From a virus: a stretch of DNA of 64,000 nt. The notes beneath the pieces were generated by a model that saw nothing but the letters and a program-made list of their open reading frames with translations, did no database searches and was not told the DNA's origin. Below are positions 1-9,071 of this stretch, one piece after another. The stretch is taken from the IMG/VR virus record IMGVR_UViG_3300049929_000026, positions 32,001 through 96,000 of that record; one strand, 5' to 3'. Made by a program: the position numbers and the translations under genes. How positions within the stretch are numbered: position 1 is the stretch's first letter; every line of letters starts with the position of its first letter.

Positions 1-15
1 ACCGCACGCAGAGTT

Positions 16-828
16 TTATTCGGTGGGCGAGTGCGGAGGTGCGGGCTCAGGGTCGCACGCGCCGCCCTTTTCGATCGACCAGGGAGCGGTTGGCCAGAGA
101 ACGCGTGGCTTCGCCGTCGGCGCGTTCTGTTCGACCCACGTCACGTCGTCATGCGCGCCGTCGACCCGGTGACCCGTCCCGCGCTCGATGGCGGAATCGC
201 GCTCGGCGTCCATGCAGCGAGACCATTTCGCGTGTGCTCGAGTATATTTCTCGAGCAGCAGGATTCGGTCCTCGACCGTACCCGTCGTGCGCTTTTGGGT
301 CTCCTGCTTGTTCTCGGTCGTCGCGACTCGCGGGGCGAGCGTCTCGACACGATAGGCCAGGTAGGCCCCGCATGGCACCAGGATGGCGACCATTGCGCCG
401 CCCAGTTTGTACAGGAGAGCATTCCATTGGCCGCGCGTCGGCGTGTCAGGGGGCACGGTAGGCTCGACGACTGGCTTCTTTGCCGCTGCCAGCTCCAGGC
501 GCAGCCTGGCCGCCTCTGCCTCGGCCGCTCGAGCCTGCTGCCCCTTCGCTGCGAGCTCGGCTAGGATTGCCTCTGTTGAGATTTCCCCCGTGTCGAGCTT
601 CTCGCGCATCGGAGGAAACTCGCTCGGCGGCGCCGGCATCCCGACTGCTGTCTGAGTGCGCGGTACTGGGCGAGCCATCGGTAGGGGCTTCGGGTCGTGC
701 GGGATTTGCGGCGGCCGAGCTGTGGCGCGCTGGTCAAATGTCGGCGGCCGCGCGGTATGCGGATGAGTCGTAGCGTCGACCTCCGTCACACTTATTCGAC
801 CGCGCGGGCGTTGTTTTTCGTCGTTCAT
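16..828 (-). CDS. Membrane-anchored coiled-coil protein, possibly lysis-associated
   Basis: Pro-rich N-terminus, one TM segment (LGGAMVAILVPCGAYLAY), then coiled coil; downstream of endolysin; start moved to MNDEK. Confidence 0.55.
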   Translation of the reverse strand: MNDEKQRPRGRISVTEVDATTHPHTARPPTFDQRATARPPQIPHDPKPLPMARPVPRTQTAVGMPAPPSEFPPMREKLDTGEISTEAILAELAAKGQQARAAEAEAARLRLELAAAKKPVVEPTVPPDTPTRGQWNALLYKLGGAMVAILVPCGAYLAYRVETLAPRVATTENKQETQKRTTGTVEDRILLLEKYTRAHAKWSRCMDAERDSAIERGTGHRVDGAHDDVTWVEQNAPTAKPRVLWPTAPWSIEKGGACDPEPAPPHSPTE

Positions 829-874
829 GGCTTTGCGGCGCGCCGAGCGGTGATATGGTATCGAGGCAAACAAA

Positions 875-937
875 GTGAGCCCCGCGCTGTGTCTAGCAGC
901 CGAGGCTCATGGCCAAACCTGGTTGAGAGGTTCGACG
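875..937 (+). promoter_or_regulatory. Hairpin leader motif, copy 1
   Basis: GTGAGCCCCG...CGAGGCTCAT stem, then AACCT/AGGTT stem covering the GAGG RBS. Confidence 0.65.
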
Positions 938-1906
938 ATGAGCAACATACAGCCCTGCACCGATACAGCAACCGCTCTCAGCAAACCTTGCCGCAAATGT
1001 GGCGGCAGGGGGCCGTTCTCTTTTGAGAGGCGCGGAGATAGAATCATCCGACGCGCGCAATGCAAACAGTGCGTAAATAGCCGGAAAAGGGACAGCTATC
1101 ACACGCCGGAGGGTATTGCGTATGTGCGGGCTTACTGGGCAGCGCGTTCCACTAGGACTAATGCCCAGGCTGGGATCGATAAGATTATTGATATGACAGG
1201 GATGGTGATCGGCAGGCTGACTGTTCTAGGAAGGGCACCGGACCGCGTAGGGCGCCGACCTAAACAGTGGGCCTGCATATGTGCATGCGGAAACCGCGTC
1301 ACGGTGTGCGGAACAATGCTTCGTCGTAGGTCGCGTCCGCCGACGCGATCCTGTGGGTGTTTATCCATCGCCGATAGGACCGTCCCACCGGGGGAGCCTC
1401 CGCTCGGGTGTCGATTCATTCCGTTGACTCGCGGAAAACTAGCGATAGTTGACGAGGCTGACTACGCCGAGCTGATGATGTTCCGTTGGCATACGCGTGT
1501 GGCCAGAACGGCTCACCACACGCAATACTATGCGATGCGCTGCGTCCACCGTCGCGGCCAGACGTATCACATCGGTATGCACCAACACCTGTTACCTGTG
1601 CCTGCGGGCAAGGAAGTGGACCATAAAGATCGTGACGGATTGAACAACAGGCGCGGGAATCTGCGCCCGTGCTCACGGCAAGAGAACTCGTTCAACACTC
1701 GTCGCTATTCGCCGACTAAAACTAGCGTTCTTCATGGAGTAAGTCGCCGACGGGATGTGTTGAAAATAACCTGGGTTGCACGGCTAGCGAGGAGACATCT
1801 GGGCTCTTTTGGTACTCAGGAAGAAGCGGCTCGCGCCTATGACCATGCCGCTATCAATACGGCAGGCGAATTTGCGGCGCCCAACTTCAAGCGATATTTA
1901 CGATGA
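938..1906 (+). CDS. HNH homing endonuclease with AP2 domain
   Basis: VDHKDRDGLNNRRGNLR HNH motif; C-terminal HLGSFGTQEEAARAYD AP2 motif; N-terminal CxxC and WACICACG; ATG follows GAGG. Confidence 0.9.
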   Translation: MSNIQPCTDTATALSKPCRKCGGRGPFSFERRGDRIIRRAQCKQCVNSRKRDSYHTPEGIAYVRAYWAARSTRTNAQAGIDKIIDMTGMVIGRLTVLGRAPDRVGRRPKQWACICACGNRVTVCGTMLRRRSRPPTRSCGCLSIADRTVPPGEPPLGCRFIPLTRGKLAIVDEADYAELMMFRWHTRVARTAHHTQYYAMRCVHRRGQTYHIGMHQHLLPVPAGKEVDHKDRDGLNNRRGNLRPCSRQENSFNTRRYSPTKTSVLHGVSRRRDVLKITWVARLARRHLGSFGTQEEAARAYDHAAINTAGEFAAPNFKRYLR

Positions 1907-1911
1907 GCGTG

Positions 1912-2556
1912 CTACTCGGTTTTCGTCGCTCCATTTGTTCCCTCTAATTTCAAGCTTTCAAGTGCCGCTTCGAGCCGGTCCATGCGCGCGATCAGCTGGT
2001 CGAGCCCGGCCACCTGCGAACGCATTGCGGCCAGTTCTAGCTTGATGGTCTCGAACTGCTCATCGCCGTCTTCAAGGCGCTCTTCGACCTTGCCAATTCT
2101 CGGCGGTAGCTCGCGAACGATCGCCTCCAGATCTCCGACCTTGGCCGCGATCTTCTGCACCTCGTGATTGGTGAGCTCGAAGTTTTTCTTCGTCTCTTCC
2201 TTGGTGCGCTCCGTTCGCTTTTCAGCCTCGGAGTTGATTCGGTCGACGGCACTATCAAGCAGTACGTCGAACGCCTGCTGGTTCTCGAAGCTGCGCAACA
2301 CGAGCGCGATCGACATCTCTACGTAGCTGTCAGGATTCGGAGGCGGGAGCTTACGGATGGCCGTGACAAGCTCGGGCGGCAGCGGGCGTAGCTTCGGAAT
2401 CATAGCGGCAAGCTCAGCCGGCTCGCTCGGCTTTAGATTGTGCGGGGCTGTCGGCAGTTCACGATCGTCGGTTGTCATAATGAGGCGTGGATTCCTAGTT
2501 GGGCGATCGGGTCGGATCAGGAGCGCGCGGTCTGCCTTCAAACGCTCGGCGATCAT
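1912..2556 (-). CDS. Coiled-coil hypothetical protein
   Basis: Heptad-rich C-terminal half; start overlaps endolysin stop. Confidence 0.65.
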   Translation of the reverse strand: MIAERLKADRALLIRPDRPTRNPRLIMTTDDRELPTAPHNLKPSEPAELAAMIPKLRPLPPELVTAIRKLPPPNPDSYVEMSIALVLRSFENQQAFDVLLDSAVDRINSEAEKRTERTKEETKKNFELTNHEVQKIAAKVGDLEAIVRELPPRIGKVEERLEDGDEQFETIKLELAAMRSQVAGLDQLIARMDRLEAALESLKLEGTNGATKTE

Positions 2557-3347
2557 CAGGAGTATTCCGGCGCGTCGTGATCAGCGCGGAGGTCGAGGGA
2601 GGCGAGGGCGCCGTTCGTCAGGGCATCCAAACGCGCTTGCCAGGTGACTTCGTGCGGCTCCTCAGGAGGCTTGCCGCCTGGCACCACGGACGGGTATTCA
2701 CCGGGCACCTTGCTCGCAATGGGCAGCGGGTCGATGGCGCGGTCCTGGTCGATCACCATGGGGTTTACCGCGCCGCCGGGCCCGTCAGGAACGAATGGTC
2801 CAACGCGATGCTGCCAGATGGCCCAGGGCTTGTTGCCAGGCGTCGCTGGTGCCGATGTGCTGGTATAGTGGGCCACCCAAAGCGGCCGGTTGAGTACGAA
2901 GGCAGGCTTGCCGAGGCGGCCGAAGTCGCGCTGCGTGATGTAACAGAGCGCTTCGCCGAACGAATCAACGAGACCATTGAGCATCGCCCGGACGCCGTCC
3001 TGCCAGCTCGGATCGATCTTCGGCCCCTTGGCACCGTCGTCCTCGACATCGAGCGCGGGGCAGATGTCACCCGAACGCATGCCGACATCGTGGGCGGCCG
3101 CGCAGAACGCAGTGAGCTGGTCAGCGACAGGCTGGCTCGAGCGGAAGAAGTGGTAGAGGCCGACCTGCATGCCCGCGTCGCGTGCGCGGGCAATGTGCCC
3201 GATCGCGCTCGGGTCCTTCCACGTGCCGTATGTGGCGCGCACGATCACGAACTGGCACCCCTTGGCGAGAATGGGCCAGGCGATGCCACCGGGGGCTGAG
3301 GTTGACTGAAAGTGGCTGACATCGCAGCCGTACAGAAGCTCCGTCAT
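2556..3347 (-). CDS. GH25 lysozyme (endolysin)
   Basis: GCDVSHFQ, IVRATYG, GLYHFF, ALDVE, LWVAHY and WAIWQH motifs typical of GH25 muramidases. Confidence 0.92.
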   Translation of the reverse strand: MTELLYGCDVSHFQSTSAPGGIAWPILAKGCQFVIVRATYGTWKDPSAIGHIARARDAGMQVGLYHFFRSSQPVADQLTAFCAAAHDVGMRSGDICPALDVEDDGAKGPKIDPSWQDGVRAMLNGLVDSFGEALCYITQRDFGRLGKPAFVLNRPLWVAHYTSTSAPATPGNKPWAIWQHRVGPFVPDGPGGAVNPMVIDQDRAIDPLPIASKVPGEYPSVVPGGKPPEEPHEVTWQARLDALTNGALASLDLRADHDAPEYS

Positions 3348-3366
3348 GTGCTATCCTCTCCTTGTC

Positions 3367-3470
3367 CATCGCACGTCCGAGAAATCGGAAGGGCCACTCG
3401 CCACCTCTACGGAGGGCGCGTTTAGCGGTCCAGTCGGGTTAGCTACGGCGCTCGGCGGACGCGAGTGATG
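3367..3470. ncRNA. Candidate multi-stem structured RNA
   Basis: Nested stems CATCGC/GTGATG and CGTCC/GGACG; hairpins CCGA-GAAA-TCGG and CCTC-TACG-GAGG; intergenic. Confidence 0.4.
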
Positions 3471-3476
3471 TTGCCT

Positions 3477-3516
3477 GGCCCCGGTCGTCGAAAGATTGCC
3501 GGGGCTGTCTTTTATT
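3477..3516 (+). terminator. Intrinsic terminator-like hairpin
   Basis: GGCCCCGGT...GAAA...GCCGGGGCT followed by TCTTTTATTT. Confidence 0.55.
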
Positions 3517-3703
3517 TGCGCGTCGATTTCGGCTTCTCTGCCGGCTTGACCAGAAACGGATTCGAGTTGCGCGGCATACGAGCTAAGCCTGCTGAGGCGC
3601 CCTCATCCCAGGCCGACGCGAGCAAATGCAGAGCGTTCTCGCGGAACTCAGCTGGCAGACGCTGCACGGCGGCGCGAACTTCGGAGGCGGTGAGCGGTTT
3701 CAC
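3512..3703 (-). CDS. Small hypothetical protein
   Basis: 63 aa; GTGA overlap with upstream ORF. Confidence 0.6.
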   Translation of the reverse strand: MKPLTASEVRAAVQRLPAEFRENALHLLASAWDEGASAGLARMPRNSNPFLVKPAEKPKSTRK

Positions 3704-3822
3704 CCGACGATCTCCCGCACAACCCGCCTACCCACGCGCATCGCGACATACCCAGCAAGCCAGAGTCCCCCGATTGCAGGTCCGACGGTGTGCACGAATA
3801 GGCCGAGTACGGTTTGCTTCAT
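3700..3822 (-). CDS. Small membrane protein (40 aa)
   Basis: MKQTVLGLFVHTVGPAIGGLWLAGYVAM; start/stop overlaps on both sides. Confidence 0.55.
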   Translation of the reverse strand: MKQTVLGLFVHTVGPAIGGLWLAGYVAMRVGRRVVREIVG

Positions 3823-4052
3823 GGGTTGCTCATTTCGTACAGCCAATCCTCCGCGACCTCTTCGGCGCGAATCTCGGCGGCAGTCGGCCAATCCCAGACG
3901 TCTTCATCAGTCGGCTCGCTTTTCACTCCTCGGCGCGCGGCTCGGCGTCTCTGCCGTTTATTTGTGGCTAGAGGGCCGAGAATCAAACACCCGGCGCCAG
4001 GCACGGGGCACGCTGGAGCCACGGGGTAATGCGATCGGAATAAGTCGGCCAT
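3819..4052 (-). CDS. Hypothetical protein
   Basis: 77 aa from MADLFR; stop overlaps the next start. Confidence 0.5.
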   Translation of the reverse strand: MADLFRSHYPVAPACPVPGAGCLILGPLATNKRQRRRAARRGVKSEPTDEDVWDWPTAAEIRAEEVAEDWLYEMSNP

Positions 4053-4062
4053 GGCAAGACTC

Positions 4063-4242
4063 TCAGGGCTGTTGGAAAGGCTTCTTCGGTAGCTTCGCGC
4101 CGCGCGCGGCCAGGCGGAGCAGCATTCGTCGATAGCCAAGAGAACAGGCGCGCCAATCCTTGACGAGCTGCGCCGCCTGTACCGCAAGGTCGTTGGACTC
4201 GGTTGGCCGCTCGTCGGGCGGGAATTGGCTTGGGGTCTTCAC
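4063..4242 (-). CDS. Hypothetical protein (59 aa, not in ORF track)
   Basis: GTGA overlap with sigma-factor stop; MKTPSQFPPDERPTESNDLAVQAAQLVKDW... Confidence 0.5.
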   Translation of the reverse strand: MKTPSQFPPDERPTESNDLAVQAAQLVKDWRACSLGYRRMLLRLAARGAKLPKKPFQQP

Positions 4243-4883
4243 GGCTTTTTAGCCTTCGCCTTGATGGCTCGCCAGTCGCGGGCCGCAAGCGTCCGAGCGG
4301 GGACCAGCCCAAGCGAGCACTGGAGCTTGCCGACAATACGCGCATAAATTTGGCTGATGCGCGCCTCCGACACGCCGAGGTCGCGGGCAACCTCCACAGT
4401 CGCGCGGCGCATCAAGCGAGCGAGTACGTCTCGCTCCCGCCGACGAAGCTTCGCGATGGCAGGCGCTACCAGCGCGAGCCGCTCTTTCATGAAGAGCTCT
4501 TGTTCCGAGGTCGGCTCGACTGAAAATTGCGCGAGCAGTTGCTGTTCCGTAGAATCCCCATGCCCGACGCCTTTGGTTGCGTCGATGCTCAAAAGTACAA
4601 CTTGCCCGAGGTTCTTCCGGGCCCGACGGGGCAGCGGGTCATGGGCGCGGATCTCGTCGAGGATTGCTCCCTTTATTCTGACCGAAGCAAACGCTTCGAA
4701 TTGCTCGGGCGGGAGCTTCGGCTGACTGAGCGCCGCTTGCCATAGACCGACGAGAGCGGCCGCCGACACTTCTTCGGGTAGGGTATTTCCGTGGAAGCGT
4801 CGGCGGTATTTGCGGGCGATACGTTCAGCGAGCGGGCGATGCCGGCCGAATGCCGCGAGAGCCGCGGCGTTGTGATTTTGCAA
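4239..4883 (-). CDS. Sigma-70 family RNA polymerase sigma factor, FliA/WhiG-like
   Basis: Region 2 LVGLWQAA...FEAFASVRIKGAILDEIR..DPLPR; region 4 EVARDLGVSEARISQI. Confidence 0.88.
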   Translation of the reverse strand: MQNHNAAALAAFGRHRPLAERIARKYRRRFHGNTLPEEVSAAALVGLWQAALSQPKLPPEQFEAFASVRIKGAILDEIRAHDPLPRRARKNLGQVVLLSIDATKGVGHGDSTEQQLLAQFSVEPTSEQELFMKERLALVAPAIAKLRRRERDVLARLMRRATVEVARDLGVSEARISQIYARIVGKLQCSLGLVPARTLAARDWRAIKAKAKKP

Positions 4884-4895
4884 TGTAGTTCCGAT

Positions 4896-4970
4896 TCACC
4901 TGCGCACGAGCTCCACGAACATCGCGATCACAACAAACGAGAGGCAGAACCAGGCGATCCCAACGGTCAT
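4896..4970 (-). CDS. 24-aa single-TM peptide
   Basis: MTVGIAWFCLSFVVIAMFVELVRR; ATGA overlap with upstream stop. Confidence 0.45.
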   Translation of the reverse strand: MTVGIAWFCLSFVVIAMFVELVRR

Positions 4971-5161
4971 GGTAGGCGGAGATGACCGCGCGTGACGGGC
5001 ATCACACCGGTGATCACGCCGAATGCGTCGAGCACCACCAGAACAGCCAAGATGATTCCGACTACGCGAATCAGCTGCATGATCCGCGCGTCCATCGGGA
5101 TTAGGCCAACGAGGTAAATTACGACGCCGATCAGAATCAGCGTGAGCAGTAAGGAAATCAT
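4967..5161 (-). CDS. Two-TM small membrane protein (Thivi_2564-like)
   Basis: MISLLLTLILIGVVIYLVGLIPMDARIMQLIRVVGIILAVLVVL. Confidence 0.7.
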   Translation of the reverse strand: MISLLLTLILIGVVIYLVGLIPMDARIMQLIRVVGIILAVLVVLDAFGVITGVMPVTRGHLRLP

Positions 5162-5192
5162 GCGGATTAGTCGCCTATCTTGTGCTAGAAAT

Positions 5193-5248
5193 TGAGTGCG
5201 CCCGGCGTGTTGAAGCACCCGGGCGCGTGACCCACGAGGAGTTAGCTC
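5193..5248 (+). promoter_or_regulatory. Hairpin leader motif, copy 2
   Basis: TGCTAGAAAT followed by GCGCCCGG-CGTGTTGAAGCAC-CCGGGCGC. Confidence 0.6.
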
Positions 5249-5953
5249 ATGGATACCAAACAGATCGCACAGATGTGCCGTCGCTGCAAAGGCCCGATGA
5301 TGCGCGGGAGCCGCAAGATGATTTGCGCAGCGCGGTGCGGAACCAGAACCCGGCATGGCGCATCATGCCGTGGAAGCAAAACACCCGAGAGCCGAACCTG
5401 GTCCAACATGAAATCCAGGTGTTACAACTCAAATCTTGAGTCATATGCTAATTACGGAGCGAGGGGCATTACTGTATGCGACAGATGGTTGTGCTCGTTC
5501 GAAAACTTCCTTGCCGACATGGGGGTTCGCCCGAGCGATAAGCACACTATCGAGCGAATTGATAACGACAAAGGCTATGCGCCGGACAACTGCGTTTGGG
5601 CAACGAGAACGGTGCAGGGTCGCAATCGTTCAGACAATCGGCGTGTTGTCTTTCGCGGAGAAGAGATGACTGTAGCTGACCTAGTGGAGCGCACTGGAGT
5701 GCCACGGCGCACGCTCTATAATCGACTGGACGCCGGGTGGTCGATAGACCGCGCCGCCGCTGAGCCATCGCGCGGAGGTTTGATTAACTTAAAGCCTCAT
5801 ACAGGAGCCAAACTGGATGAGGGGAAGGTGAAAGCAATCCGCATTCGAGCCATGAATGGTGAGACACAGGCCGCCCTTGCGAGAGAATACGGCGTTTCTA
5901 CAGCAGTCATTAATAAGACGATTCTGCGCAAGTCCTGGAGGCGCGTGCCTTAA
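5249..5953 (+). CDS. HNH-type homing endonuclease with C-terminal HTH
   Basis: WSNMKSRC..YGARGITVCDRW..FLADMG..TIERIDNDKGYAPDNCVWAT; HTH QAALAREYGVS. Confidence 0.88.
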   Translation: MDTKQIAQMCRRCKGPMMRGSRKMICAARCGTRTRHGASCRGSKTPESRTWSNMKSRCYNSNLESYANYGARGITVCDRWLCSFENFLADMGVRPSDKHTIERIDNDKGYAPDNCVWATRTVQGRNRSDNRRVVFRGEEMTVADLVERTGVPRRTLYNRLDAGWSIDRAAAEPSRGGLINLKPHTGAKLDEGKVKAIRIRAMNGETQAALAREYGVSTAVINKTILRKSWRRVP

Positions 5954-5954
5954 G

Positions 5955-6323
5955 CTAATAACATGAGATAAATCCGCAATGCTGCATCGCTTGCTTGCTT
6001 GTCGCGCCTACCATGCATGCCAGCGGCACGATGGTGAGCTGAGAGTCGAGCGTTCGCTGGACGATGTGCTCGCAGGTCTCGACCGGTTGAGCCTCCGAGC
6101 AACCGAGATTGTGGGCCTTCTCGCAGGCATCGAGCACGCTGCGATCGAAGTCTGGCTGCGGGCCCGCGTCCGCCACCGGAGCAGCGCCGCCCATCGCTAC
6201 GGGTGGCGGACCCGCGTCGGGGACGGTGACGGTTGGGACGGGAAGCGGAGTTGGCGCAGGCGCCGGAATGCACGAATTGCAGGCGACGAGCGCGAGGGCG
6301 GCGAATAGGTAGAGGTGTTTCAA
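5955..6323 (-). CDS. Cys-rich lipoprotein
   Basis: Signal peptide with lipobox LVAC, Pro-rich linker, Cys-rich C-terminus. Confidence 0.7.
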   Translation of the reverse strand: MKHLYLFAALALVACNSCIPAPAPTPLPVPTVTVPDAGPPPVAMGGAAPVADAGPQPDFDRSVLDACEKAHNLGCSEAQPVETCEHIVQRTLDSQLTIVPLACMVGATSKQAMQHCGFISCY

Positions 6324-7117
6324 GCGGCCAACTTTCGAACGCTCATGGCGTATTTATCCGAGCACTGGTTGACGAAATTGGCCGTGACCCAACAACGACC
6401 CCCGTCGCCCCATTGCGTAGTGCCCCATGAATTCTGCACGCGAAATTGCAGCGCGCCGTTCACGTGACGATAGCCGACCAGGAATAGGTAATGGCCTCCA
6501 CCGTTCGGATCGGTCTCGTCGGGCATGTCGTATGGCGCCGACTGCGGGCCAAGTTCTTCGAACGCTGTATCGACGAAGCTCGCGACAGTGACGGCGTATC
6601 CAGCCGCGAGCGCCTGAGCGGCCTCGGTCGCCGAGCTGATTTCGTACTGCCCAATAATGACAGCCGTCGAATCCTGCTCGAGCTCCGCGAGCTTCGGCTC
6701 GTCAGTGACGTTGCTCGGGTCGCAGTCGCTGTTGTAGCCCTCAGGCGACGGCGCGCGCATGGGGCGAATACCCCATTCGGTGAGGCCGCGCATCGCCTGG
6801 TTTGGCATCGAGCCAGCGTCCACGAGTGGCACGCTCGGATCCGGTCGGTCGATGCACAGTGCCAGCTGGTAGATGCTGTGCGGGCTCGGGGTGAAGCCGA
6901 GCGGCGCGCCGGCGCGCGCGAACGAAGTAGCGACCGCGCAGGCCGTGGCATGGCCAACGCAAGAGCTGGTCTGGTTTTGATCAAGCGGACCGGGAGCGAA
7001 TGGCGTCAGGTCAATCGAATCCGGGAGCGTCGCTGCTGCGCCGATCGCGTGCCGGAAACTCGTGACGCGATGCCCTGCCGGATCTGGGATATGGCCCTTG
7101 GAGAAGCGCCCGCTCAT
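6320..7117 (-). CDS. Papain-like (C1A) cysteine peptidase
   Basis: DQNQTSSCVGHA (Gln, Cys), GGGHYLFLVGY (His), QNSWG (Asn). Confidence 0.92.
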   Translation of the reverse strand: MSGRFSKGHIPDPAGHRVTSFRHAIGAAATLPDSIDLTPFAPGPLDQNQTSSCVGHATACAVATSFARAGAPLGFTPSPHSIYQLALCIDRPDPSVPLVDAGSMPNQAMRGLTEWGIRPMRAPSPEGYNSDCDPSNVTDEPKLAELEQDSTAVIIGQYEISSATEAAQALAAGYAVTVASFVDTAFEELGPQSAPYDMPDETDPNGGGHYLFLVGYRHVNGALQFRVQNSWGTTQWGDGGRCWVTANFVNQCSDKYAMSVRKLAA

Positions 7118-7842
7118 TGACTCACCGGGTGTTTAGCCAAGAACGCCTTTCCGCGAGCGTGCGCCGCCATCTCCTCGGGGCTCGCGCCGACTTTCTTGCC
7201 GATCGAATTCACGAATGCTTCCACGGCGCAGAGTACGAGGTCTTTGCCCTTGACTAGCGCCAGCTGCTCAAGCGCGCTCTCGTAGTTGCTGCCCGCGGAA
7301 AGGATGTCGGCGACATCAGCGACTAACGAGGCCGGCGAAGGCGCGCAATGGGAAACGTTGGGCCAGAACGAGCCCTTGAACCAGGCGCAGCCAGTCAGCG
7401 ACAACACCAGGCACATCACCAGCATCCCACCCATGGGGCCCATGCCGCCGAAGGTCGGGGGTTTGGATGCGGGCGGAAACTTGCTCGGTGGCTTCGCGGT
7501 GCCGTCGTTCATTGCAGCCGTGACAGCCACGTCGCCAGCGCTCGGAGTTCCGGTTACAGGCTTGCCGACTTGCATCGGAGCCGCGGATCGGTTCGACGGG
7601 AGGCCGGGTAGCAGCATCGCGGCGCAGACCATGAATTGCACCGATAGATCGCCCCAGCTCTTCACGCCGGTGAGGCCTTGCGCGAACGTGGCGAGCGCGG
7701 GCACGAGCGCAGGCAGGAAGGCCTGATAGAACGCCGGCAAGCGGCTCCAGAACGGGCGCGAGGCCACGAACAGGCGCGATGCCAGCGCGATAAACGCACT
7801 GAGAAACGCGACGACTTGGATGATATTGAGTGCGTGTTGCAT
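7114..7842 (-). CDS. Multi-TM membrane protein, holin candidate
   Basis: About three N-terminal TM segments plus an internal hydrophobic segment ending LSLTGC. Confidence 0.55.
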   Translation of the reverse strand: MQHALNIIQVVAFLSAFIALASRLFVASRPFWSRLPAFYQAFLPALVPALATFAQGLTGVKSWGDLSVQFMVCAAMLLPGLPSNRSAAPMQVGKPVTGTPSAGDVAVTAAMNDGTAKPPSKFPPASKPPTFGGMGPMGGMLVMCLVLSLTGCAWFKGSFWPNVSHCAPSPASLVADVADILSAGSNYESALEQLALVKGKDLVLCAVEAFVNSIGKKVGASPEEMAAHARGKAFLAKHPVSQ

Positions 7843-7987
7843 GATTGTTCCCTCGTGTTGTTGCAATGAGTCAGACTTTTGAGGTGGCGCGTTTAGCGAC
7901 TAAGGGGAGGGGGCACCCGCCACCAAACGCGCCATCGCAAAAGCCTGACGATTCGCTCGTGCCTTGACTGGGTCACGTGCTAGAAAT

Positions 7988-8049
7988 GAGTGCGCCCCGC
8001 GTGTTGAAGCACCGGGGCGCGTGGTCAAACCTGGATTGGAGATCTGACA
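7988..8049 (+). promoter_or_regulatory. Hairpin leader motif, copy 3
   Basis: TGCTAGAAAT then GCGCCCCG-CGTGTTGAAGCAC-CGGGGCGC-GTGGTCAAACCTG. Confidence 0.65.
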
Positions 8050-8700
8050 ATGAAAAACGTATCACGTTTAATTTCTGCTGGCCTCACGGGGCGCACATTC
8101 GGAGAATGGACCGTTGGTGCCCGCGCGCCGTCTGTCGGCCATAAGGCAGAGTTTTGGTGCCGCTGCTCATGCGGAACCGAGCGATCCGTCTCAGGATGTC
8201 GGCTGCTGCGTGGCCGCACTAAATCTTGTGGATGCAAAGCGAATAGCCGGAACAATCGACCGACGGTCCCCGTTGCCGCGCGCTTTTGGGCGAAGATCGA
8301 GAAGGGGTATCCGGGCCAATGTTGGGGCTGGACTGGAGCGCTAAATAGCTCCGGGTATGGGACCCTGAGAGGGAGCGGAAGAACTGAGTTTCGGGCTCAC
8401 CGGTTTAGCTACGAGCTCCACCATGGGCCAATCCCGGCCGGCCTATTGGTGATGCATAGCTGCGACAATCGGGCCTGCGTAAACCCTGCGCACCTATCCG
8501 TTGGCACGGTGGCAGACAACAATTCTGACCGGGATGCCAAGGACCGCTGCGCGGTGAAACTAAACGCGAGCCACGTGCGGGAGGTGCGTTTGATGGCGTC
8601 ATCTGGCAATAGAGTAGCGGAAATCGCCGATACTTTCGGTGTTACGCCAACGGCCATCTACCACGTGCTCAAAGGAAAGTCGCGTCGCCTGATAGCGTAG
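8050..8700 (+). CDS. HNH homing endonuclease
   Basis: CWGWTG..GYG..AHRFSY..VMHSCDNRACVNPAHL; C-terminal HTH. Confidence 0.92.
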   Translation: MKNVSRLISAGLTGRTFGEWTVGARAPSVGHKAEFWCRCSCGTERSVSGCRLLRGRTKSCGCKANSRNNRPTVPVAARFWAKIEKGYPGQCWGWTGALNSSGYGTLRGSGRTEFRAHRFSYELHHGPIPAGLLVMHSCDNRACVNPAHLSVGTVADNNSDRDAKDRCAVKLNASHVREVRLMASSGNRVAEIADTFGVTPTAIYHVLKGKSRRLIA

Positions 8701-8748
8701 GACCGTCCAGCGAGCGCGCTTCTTCGGGGTCTTGGTTTCGTGCTAAAT

Positions 8749-8813
8749 AGTTCGCGCGGCGTCGCTACTAACGACCCGCGCGCGGCCAAACCCACTTGAG
8801 AGGCCTGACGAGA
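8749..8813 (+). promoter_or_regulatory. Hairpin leader motif, copy 4
   Basis: CGCGCGG-CGTCG..CGAC-CCGCGCG then GGCCAAACC..TTGAGAGG. Confidence 0.55.
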
Positions 8814-9062
8814 ATGAACCCCAAACGCCACCTAGGGCGCTTCCGCGCTAGCGGTCGGAAAAGTCGATCCGAAGCCAGCTACGCACAATATGCGCGCGTT
8901 TCCCTTGCAAGGGGCTCCGACGGATCCCAAGATCTACTGACCGCCAACTGGTTATCCGTCTCGCCAACAATCATCAGCGCCGGCTGGGTAGACGGCGACG
9001 GGATTGCGCACTTCGAGCCATACCAAGTTGGCGGGACAGGCCCTCTGGGCGTCAAAGCGTGA
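8814..9062 (+). CDS. Hypothetical protein or gene remnant
   Basis: 82-aa ORF directly after the leader motif and RBS. Confidence 0.35.
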   Translation: MNPKRHLGRFRASGRKSRSEASYAQYARVSLARGSDGSQDLLTANWLSVSPTIISAGWVDGDGIAHFEPYQVGGTGPLGVKA

Positions 9063-9071
9063 GCGCGCTAA

